Shown: one piece after another, positions 55,101 through 64,000 of the stretch
How the letters are laid out: each line of letters opens with the position of its first letter
Position numbering within the stretch: position 1 is the first letter of the stretch
Assembly (NCBI RefSeq): GCF_026210795.1
Contig: NC_089429.1
Span: 2,232,001 to 2,296,000 of the forward strand
DNA: 64,000 nt
Direction: 5' to 3'
From: Rhizophagus irregularis
Taxonomy: Eukaryota
Notes under the pieces: generated by a model
The model's database searches: none
Told to the model about the DNA's origin: nothing
The model's input: only the letters and a program-made list of their open reading frames with translations
Made by a program: the position numbers and the translations under genes

Positions 55101-56281
55101 TAATTATCAATGAATATCGTGAAAATGTATTTTAGTAGGTTTTAAATGTATAAAAAGAAAAAATCACTTAAGAAAATTTCTTTTTAAAAAAATAACGCCA
55201 TTTGAACTATTTAAAGCGGAGCTGTTCTTTTATTTTTTATAATAAATTTTTTTTAAAAAAAATTATTTTAAGCCTCATTAAAAATCTCTTGATTATTTGT
55301 AAGGATAATTATGAGTTTATGACTGCTGCAAGATATTAATATAATTCAAAGTCAGCCAAATTATGTAACGCAGTTGTGTAATAGGCATAACAAAGGATAA
55401 TAAGTATTTTTAATTTTCTATTTATTTTATTGTTTTTGTTATTTTTCTAAGGTAATTCTAAACATTCTTTCCTTATATAAAGATAGAATTTATATATTTA
55501 ATGATTTATTTTTTTATCATATTCTAACATATTGTGACCTAATTTGTGCGATTTCAGTCATGATTAAAAATAATAACAGTAGTAGAATTGAAGAAAGTAA
55601 TGAACTCCTTATAAATATTATCAGCATCTTTAGATTAAAAAAACAATGAAAAGATTTTTTGAATAAATTACCTAGTCACTAATCCATAATAGTAAGTCTA
55701 AAATTATTTAATATTTCTAGTGTTAATTCAATTTATGAAATGATATTAAATTATATTTATTGTTCAAGATTCTACAAGAAAAAGCTAATTTATTGCGAAA
55801 TCAGAGAGAATCTATTGCAATTAAATTAAAATATTAATAAAGCCATATGTATAATTTTTTTTCATCAATTATATTAATATCTTTAAATAAAGCATATTAG
55901 CTAATTTTATGTTGAAGATTTGATATCAAAATAAAATTATTTATTTATACAGTATATCAGATATTTACGTTTTGTTTGTTTTTATTTAAATATAAGTATA
56001 AAACATTTACAAATTTAAATGATTATATAAAAGAACCTTTATCATATCAAAAAGTTTAATGATCCTTTTACTGAAACCTTTTGATAAACAAAACAAAAAT
56101 ATATATATAAATATAGTTATAATTTAATAAAATAAATTTCTGTTAAAAATATGAGTGTTATGTTATTCAATAAATCCAATAATATATATATTTTAATAAA
56201 TACTGTATTTAGGATTTTCATTTCAATGAATCAATAGCTATTCATGAACTGTACAGTAATCTATCAATATGGTTGTACCTA

Positions 56282-59200
56282 TTATGCTTCTAAATTTCTT
56301 AATTCTTTTTCTTCTTGCTTTAATTCTAATTTCAATTCATCCAAATTCTTTCTTAATGAATTTATATCTTCTGCCATCATATTAGAATTTAATTGCATCA
56401 TGGTTCCTTCCTGAGAATTAGTAGCAAATTTAAAAATTTTGTAATTATCAAAATTAAAATCATTCAACTTAAGAATATTTTCAATCATGAGGCTAAATTC
56501 AAACTCTTTATTTTTCTGAACAATATACTTTAAGGAATAATAATCATCTTTGTTCAGCTGTAATACTTCATCACTATATTTTGTGAGAATACTTTGAAAT
56601 TCTTTAGTATATTTATCAGTCAATGTAGAGATTTTTCTGGTAGAACCAATAGTATTCCTTACTTTATTAATAGAGCTTTCTAGCTGATTAAAACAATCTT
56701 GCAGTTTTTCAATAGCTTCTTCCCATAATGTTAAAAATTTACCCTTAGCTTTTAGAAAATTATTAACTTGATTGAGAACCTGTTTTTTTCTATTAGTATC
56801 ATAAGAAGCTGAAGTTGTTAATAATTCTTGTTGGAGTTCATCTATCTCTTTTTGTTTAGCTTCTCTTTCTTTATGAATTTCCTTAATATTTTTTCCACTA
56901 ATCAATTCATTTTCTTTGACTTTTAACTTTTTAATACGCTCATAATCAAGGTCAATCAATCTTTGTTCTAGTTCATTTATTTTATCTTCTTTTATCTGTA
57001 AAGCTTGGGTTAATTGCATTTTGATTTGTTCTTCAATATTCAATTTTTGTTTCAATTGTGCAAATTCTTTTTTCATTTCAGCTTTTTCTTTTTCCAACTC
57101 AGCTTTTCCTTTTTCTAATTCGATTTTTTCCTTTTTCACATCAGCTTTTTCCTTTTCCATCTCAGCCTTTTCTTTTTCTGACTTAGCTTTCAATTTAACA
57201 GTAAGCTTTTGATCTTGTGATAGGTCATTCAACCTGTTGCATAACTGGATTTTTTCTTGTTTTACTTTTTTATAATTAGCTTGAGAGTAACTTAGTTTAA
57301 ACTCTAGTTCTTGAAAATTAACTTCTGTTTGAGTTAATCTTTCTTTCAAACCAATTTTTTCTTGCATTAACTGGTCAATTTGATTTTGAACTTGATGGTT
57401 AACTAGTTTATTTTGATCCAACTGTTCAGTTAAATCTCCATCCAAGGCTTGTTTTTCATTTTGCAGGTAAGTAATTTGGAGTTGTAAAGTATTTTCTTTT
57501 TCTGCAGATTTCTTAGATTGTAAAGCCAAGTCAAGTCTCAAATTTTGATTATCTTGCTCAAATTGAAAATTTCTTTGTTGTAAATTAACTAACTCATTTT
57601 CTAACTTAAGATTTCTTTCTTCTATTTGCTTATAATTAATTTGAGATTGACTTAATTGATTTTTAAATTGCTGAAATTTTAATTCTTGAGTTTCTGATTG
57701 AACTAATTTATCTTGCAAATTAGTTTTTTCTTGACTGATTTGTTTTAAATTGTTAGCCAAAACTTGCTTTTCAGTTATATTAATTAAATTTTGATTTTCT
57801 TGCTCAAATAGTTGTTGTAAATTAGCTAATTCTGTTTGAATATTCTGATATGCTAATTGTTTTTCTTTTGACTCATTTTGAGAACTAGTTTCAGCAATTC
57901 TTTCTAATTTAAGAAGCTTCTGTTTAGTATCATCTTTTTGATTCATTTCAAAAGATTTCAATTCTTGAGATTCTAGAATTTCATTTAATTCTTTACTAGT
58001 AAAATCAAGTAAATGGCTTGTATAGCATGCTTGTGGATGAGATTTTACAATATGGTTATTATGCTCAATTGGTGCATTTATAAATTCCATAATATTGCTT
58101 TTTAATTCTTCATTGATTTCTTTAGCTTTCGCTCTAAAAGGAAGAAGAACCCAAGCATTAAAAATATCTAAAATTTCTTTAGAAGATGGCCTTTTTAATG
58201 GATCTTCATCCCAACATTTTTTCATCAAATCTATATAACATTGTGGAGTATTTTCAATAATTTCAGGACGTTCACCTTTACAAATACTTAAAGCAAGTTG
58301 AAAATCATGTGCTTTATCATTAAATGGTGGAATTCCAGATATAAATTCCCACATAACCATAGAAAAATTATATATATCACTAGCTTGAGTATAAGGTTGA
58401 CCTCTTAAAATTTCAGGTGCCATAAATGGTATAATACCATAAATATCATTTTCTTTTAAAAAAGATTCTGTAAGATAATGTAATCCTATATAATCACTAA
58501 TAAAGACTCCATATGTATTTTTTTCTTCATATTTGTGACACAAAATATTACCATCATGAAAGTTATAATGAATAAGACCTTCTTCATGAATCTTATTAAG
58601 ACCTTTAATAATTTCATGTAAATAAAATATTCTTTTTTCCCAATTTTTTGTTACTTCTATTAAACATTCTCTTAAGTTACCTTCACTATTATATTTCATC
58701 ATTAACATATAATTCAAAGTATTTGGATTTTTTGTAAATCCATATATCTTAATAATTTCGGCGTATTTAATAATTTTCAACTATAAAAACAATATTTAGC
58801 AAATAAGTATAAATAGATCATAATTAAATTTTAAAAAAAAATAAAATAATACTTATTCATACTTCATTTAAAAATTCTTTTAAACTTTCATCTGAATTAT
58901 CAAGATAGTCAAAATGTCTAAGGATTACTTCAAAATCTTCACCTTCAATTCTATGTATAGCTTTATATATAGTACCAAATCCTCCTTTATTAAGATATTC
59001 AATATTTTTAAGATTATTATAAGGAATCCAATTTAAGTTATTTTTACGAATAAATTGATCTACAATTTTACTTCCACTTGTAGGGATGGGAGCGACTCAT
59101 TCGGCTCTATTTCGGTTTTTCATCGGCTCAACTTTAATTCTCATTGCATAATGTGAGATACGTGCGTCAAATTAACGACATGGGTAAGTCATGTGATGAC

Positions 59201-62200
59201 GATCAATCATAGAAATTTTGATTGGTCATCAAACGATAGTTGGTTCGTGATCATCATAATTTTGATGACGATCCTAACTTGAACCGATTTTTTGAAGTCG
59301 GCTTTGAAGTCGGCTCGGTTAAAATTTAAAAGTTATTAAAATGATTTCTAACTTATAAATTTTCTTTCTCTTTTTTACCCTGAAGAAATGAACATTTCCT
59401 TTGTTATTGACAGAAATTTTAGCTCATGTAAATTCAAATTCCACCAGATATAGCATCGGTTCAAAAGTCGCTCGAAATCACGTGATTTGAGCCGACCCAT
59501 CCCTATCCACTTGTATTAGAACTTTAGATATAAAATAAAATTAAAACAAATTTTACAATTAAAAATTTAATATTGAATAATATTAATTATACTTACTCTA
59601 AATAAATTTATAAAATTCAATTATAAAATTCAATACAATAAAGAATTAATAATAAATTAAAGAAAAATTTATTTCTCACCCGGGTGATTTCTAGCTTAAT
59701 ATATTAAAATGTCGTCATGCTGATCATTTGCTGATCAAAATTTTTGATGAAAAATTTTTTTTTTTGAAATAAAACTTTATAACTTTTAAAATTACAATTT
59801 ATGGGTAATTTTGCTTACTCTATAAATTTACTTAATACCTTAAGAAAGGTCATAACTACCAATTTTAACATTTTGACAATTTGTAACTTGGGATAAGGAA
59901 TATCGAATCTCACCCAAGGTGAAAAATAAATTTATTCTAAATTAAATATAATTAAAAAAAATCAATATATACTTACAAGCTAAAATATTTTAAATAAAAA
60001 GTTTAGTTAGTTTAAATTATATGATAAATATTATATAAATATAATAGGATTAAATAAATAACTTACACCCTATATTATTAAATAAATAATTTTTTAAATA
60101 AATAATTTAGTTAATTTAAATTATATAATAAATATTATATAAATATAATAAACTACTTACTATCTAAAATATTTGAATAATTTTTAAATAAAGAATTAGT
60201 TAGTTTAAATTATATGTAAATATTACTGTATAAATATAATAAACTACTTACAATCTAAATATTTGAATAATTTTTAAATAAAGAATTAGTTGGTTTAAAT
60301 TATATGTAAATATTACTGTATATAAATATAATAAACTACTTACTAACTAAAATATTTGAATAATTATTTAAATAAAAAATTTAGTTAATTTATATTATAT
60401 GTATAAATATTATATAAATATAATAAACTACTTACCAACTAAAATATTTGAATAATTTTTTAAATAAAAAATTTAGTTAGTTTAAATTATATGTATATAT
60501 TATATAGATATAATAGAGTTAAATAAATAACTTACACCCTATATTATTGAATAATTTTTTAAATAAGAATTTAGTTATTTTAAATTATATGTAAATATTA
60601 TAAAATAAACTACTTACAATCTAAAATATTTGAATAATTTTTTAAATAAATAATTTAGTTAGTTTAAATTATATGTATATATTATATAAATATAATAGAG
60701 TTAAATAAATAACTTACACTCTATATATATTATTGAATGAATAATTTTTTAAATAAGAATTTAGTTATTTTAAATTATATGTAAATATTATATAATAAAC
60801 TACTTACGATCTAAAATATTTGAATAATTTTTTAAATAAAGAATTTAGTTAGTTTGAATTATATGTAAATATTATATAAATAAATAACTTACCCACTATA
60901 TTATTAGTAAATAAATAATTTTTTAAATAAAGAATTTAGTTAGTTTAAATCATATGTAAATAGTATTATATAAATATAATAAACTACTTACAATCTAAAA
61001 TATTTGAATAATTTTTTAAATAAAGAATTTAGTTAAGTTTAAATTATCATTATATGTAAATATTATATAAATATAATAAACTACTTACTTTCTAAAATTA
61101 GTAAAATATTTGTTTAGTTAGTTTAAATTATATGTAAATATTATATAAATATAATAAACTACTTACTATCTAAAATATTTGAATTATTTTTTAAATAATA
61201 AATTTAGTTTGTTTAAATTATATGCAAATATTATATAAATATAATAGAATTAAATAAATAATTTATAACTTACGAGCTAAAAAAATATTCAAATAATTTT
61301 TTAAATAAAGAATTTAGTTAGTTTAAATATTATATAAATATAATAGGATTAAATAAATAACTTACGAGCTATATTAATAAATAAATAAATAATTTTTTAA
61401 ATAAAGTATTTAGTTAATTTAATTATCATTATATGTAATTATTATATAAATATAATAAACTACTTACTATCTAAAATATTTGAATTATTTTTTAAATAAT
61501 AAATTTAGTTTGTTTAAATTATATGCAAATATTATATAAATATAATAGAATTAAATAAATAATTTACACCCTATATTATTGAATGAATAATTTTTTTAAA
61601 TAAAGAATTTAGTTAATTTAAATTATATGTAAATGTTATATAAATATAATAGAATTAAATAAATGACTTACACGCTATATTATTGAATGAATAATTTTTT
61701 TAAATAAAGAATTTAGTTAGTTTAAATTATATGTAAATATTATATAAATATAATAAACTACTTACATTCTATAATATTTGGATAATTTTTTAAATATAGA
61801 ATTTAGTTAATTTAAATTATATGTAAATATTTATATAAATATAATAAACTACTTACGATCTAAATATTTGAATAATATTTTAAATAAAAAATTTAGTTGG
61901 TTTAAATTATATGTATATATTATATAAATGTAATAGAATTAAATAAATAACTTACTCTCTATATTATTAAATGAATAATTTTTTGAATAAAGAATTTAGT
62001 TAATTTAAATTATATGTGAATTTTACATAAATATAATAAACTACTTACGATCTAAAATATTAAATAATTTTTTAAAGAATTTAGTTAGTTAAATTATATA
62101 TAAATATAGTAGCTAATAGAATTAAATAAATGACAAACTTACACCCTATAGTATTATTAATGTTAAATTATAATCAATTAGATCAATTAGATAAAATATT

Positions 62201-62710
62201 ATAATTGTATATAAAAATTAAATATATATGGTAACTTACAATCTAATTATTTAAATAAATAATATTATTAATTTAAATTATATGTAAATATTTTAAATTA
62301 ATATAAAATTAAATACTTACTTTCTATTACATCATAATTATTAAGCAATTATATTAATGAAAAAAATTAGTTATTTGAAACATTTATATAAAATACAATA
62401 AAAATAAATAGCTATTAACTTACCAACTATAATAACATTAATAAAATAAATTATTTGATTATATTTAGAAATAAATAATTCAATTATTATAAATACAGTT
62501 AATTTAAAATTTTAAAAATTATTTGTTTATAATTTACAAGCTACAATATTATCATTAAATTTTTCTGAATAAGTTTACATACTTTTGTCTTCCTCGATTT
62601 CTGAAACTAGTTTAAATTTGTTTTAAAAAGTATTTAGAATAATTTCAAATTTATGTTAGATATCTATGTTCATGCTATATGCTTTTACCTTTGCCATTAC
62701 TTTGACCCAT
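56282..62710 (-). CDS. Putatively N-myristoylated pseudokinase + long coiled-coil protein with a micro-exon array; this copy interrupted by a hAT MITE
   Basis: Exon 1 62710-62689 (MGQSNGK); exon 2 62600(or 62606)-62583; 28 3-nt exons and a 1-nt exon (59597); exon 59521-58863 (SNTSGSKIVDQFI..WIPY..KGGFGTIYKA..FLNE, split by the MITE); final exon 58780-56282 (kinase C-lobe, coiled coil). All junctions are GT-AG and in frame. Confidence 0.8.
57060..57190 (-). repeat. 21-bp coding tandem repeat (heptad KEKAE(M/L)E)
   Basis: KEKAEMEKEKADVKKEKIELEKGKAELEKEKAEMKKE within the coiled coil. Confidence 0.7.
59081..59505. mobile_element. hAT-type MITE (425 bp) inserted in a kinase exon
   Basis: TIR TAGGGATGGG/CCCATCCCTA; 8-bp TSD TCCACTTG at 59073-59080 and 59506-59513; internal TCGGCT subrepeats. 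Confidence 0.9.
59662..59937. mobile_element. Mutator-type MITE (276 bp) inside an intron of the micro-exon gene
   Basis: ~30-bp imperfect TIR GAA(T)AAATTTATTT(C/T)TCACC..GGGTGA; 9-bp TSD TAAATTAAA at 59653-59661 and 59938-59946. Confidence 0.8.
59970..62545 (-). repeat. Tandem array of 28 intron + 3-nt micro-exon units (period ~78-114 bp)
   Basis: Each unit reads, on the minus strand, TAG|NNN|GTAA(G/A)T; the core units carry an internal (A)CTAAC/TTAAC branch-point-like motif. Confidence 0.9.
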
Positions 62711-64000
62711 TACTGAATAATATTATTGGAATTCTTCCTGAAAATCATAGGTAAATACAATTAAGCGCCTTTATTCGAGCATATATAGTTATTTGTGTAA
62801 TTTGTGTAATATTATTTATGCAAAATGCAGATGCCAAGATTTCGGTTCCAGATATAGTTAACTAGTGTAACAGAACCGTTAGATATTATTTGATAAACAC
62901 TATGACAAATTAAATGGTAATTACTAAATTAAAAAACTTTCTTGTCGATCATTTAACCAAAAATCTTACAAAGAAAAAACCAAAAGTTCTATGAAAGAGT
63001 TAAAATTATACTTACACGAGTCTTTTTTTCACTCCTTTTATTGTAGGTTATATATATTTTGTTGAAAATATTGACCAAAGACAATTTGAGAAAAGCGTTG
63101 AATATTCTGAAAAAATGAAAAAAAAGGTTTACATTTCTTTTGATACAAAATTCAAACAGGAGTATCAAGCGTCAGTACAATAGTGCACTGTGCAAATTTT
63201 GTTATGAAGTAAAAGAGGATGGGCATATGAAAAAGTTGCTCAAAGTATATAATAAATAAAGATCAGGCAAGTCGCAGATATAAAGGATAGCATGATATCA
63301 TAAGATTTTCCACTACGCGTCTACACCTAGTGTACCTTGCGGTTCCTGAGAGTTGTTACTTAGGAAAAGAGTTTTGTCATAACTACGAGACTTTTCTGGA
63401 AGAATAGGCGATATTATTTATAAGTTTTAGTTTTTTTTTAGTTTTTAGATTTTTTGTTGTTTTTTTTATTGATACAGACATACAGTTTAATTTAGTTTAA
63501 CACTATATAGTTAGGTTTGGTGTCTTGTTTAGTTGTTTTATCTTATTTTAAATAGTTCTAGTTTAGTTGCAGTATAGATGTACTGTATATTTTCATAGGT
63601 CTACATCGCTGATGTTAGACACTTAAAGTATAGTCCTTGATTATTTGAAAAAAAATAAAAAAAAATTTTTTTTTTTGTCGTGAAACAAAACGAAGGACTA
63701 TACATGTTTATGAGCATATTGGATCATGTGGTAAAGTCCATTTGTCACGACATCACGTCATCACATCACAAATTTTGTGCTACAAAAAAAAAATGCATTG
63801 CAAGTGTTACATGATCTACATGTTCATTTATTTATTTGGGGTCAAATAGGTAGTATTACATAAATCGGGATCTTAGTCATCTTACCACACTATCGAGAAG
63901 AGGAAAAGGTCAAGATAGGAAGAATAAACTATGAACGTTTTATAGCGCCAAAAATATTTTGCTGAACTCCGAAATATTAAGAGATTATGTAACACCTAAA

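Noticed and set aside
59970..62545. CRISPR array or plain satellite interpretation of the tandem repeat
   Set aside because: Eukaryotic context, no cas genes, no long unique spacers. The only strongly variable part is the 3 nt between AG and GT splice signals.
59970..62545. Recursive-splicing ratchet points
   Set aside because: Ratchet points are zero-length AG|GT junctions in very long introns. Here exactly 3 nt always intervene and they concatenate into an open frame. Not fully excluded as a mechanism for stepwise removal.
63290..63672. Possible non-LTR retrotransposon 3' end with A-tail
   Set aside because: Only compositional hints; no recognisable ORF or TSD.

Overview
Very AT-rich, intron-containing eukaryotic DNA. 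The gene content (expanded TKL-type protein kinases, F-box/LRR-like genes, BTB-BACK-TLDc, a Crinkler relic, many MITEs) points by inference to an arbuscular mycorrhizal fungus (Glomeromycota, Rhizophagus-like). All coordinates and splice models were read by eye. Two features stand out. (1) At 59.5-62.7 kb on the minus strand, an apparent AT-rich tandem repeat is an array of short GT-AG introns separated by 28 three-nucleotide micro-exons plus one single-nucleotide exon. Spliced together, these join an N-terminal MGQSNGK start in frame, with no stop, to a pseudokinase/coiled-coil gene, and encode an aromatic-rich segment that could vary by exon skipping. This copy is interrupted by a hAT MITE. 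(2) A complete 5.6-kb P-element-superfamily transposon (45-bp TIRs, 7-bp TSD) whose transposase carries a tandem Tudor/Agenet-like insert inside the catalytic core. The window also holds three Cys-rich kinase paralogues (one with a nonsense codon), two calflagin-like EF-hand genes, a tyrosine-recombinase relic, and several non-autonomous elements (Harbinger, Mutator, hAT, IS3EU-like, Helentron-associated), some nested.
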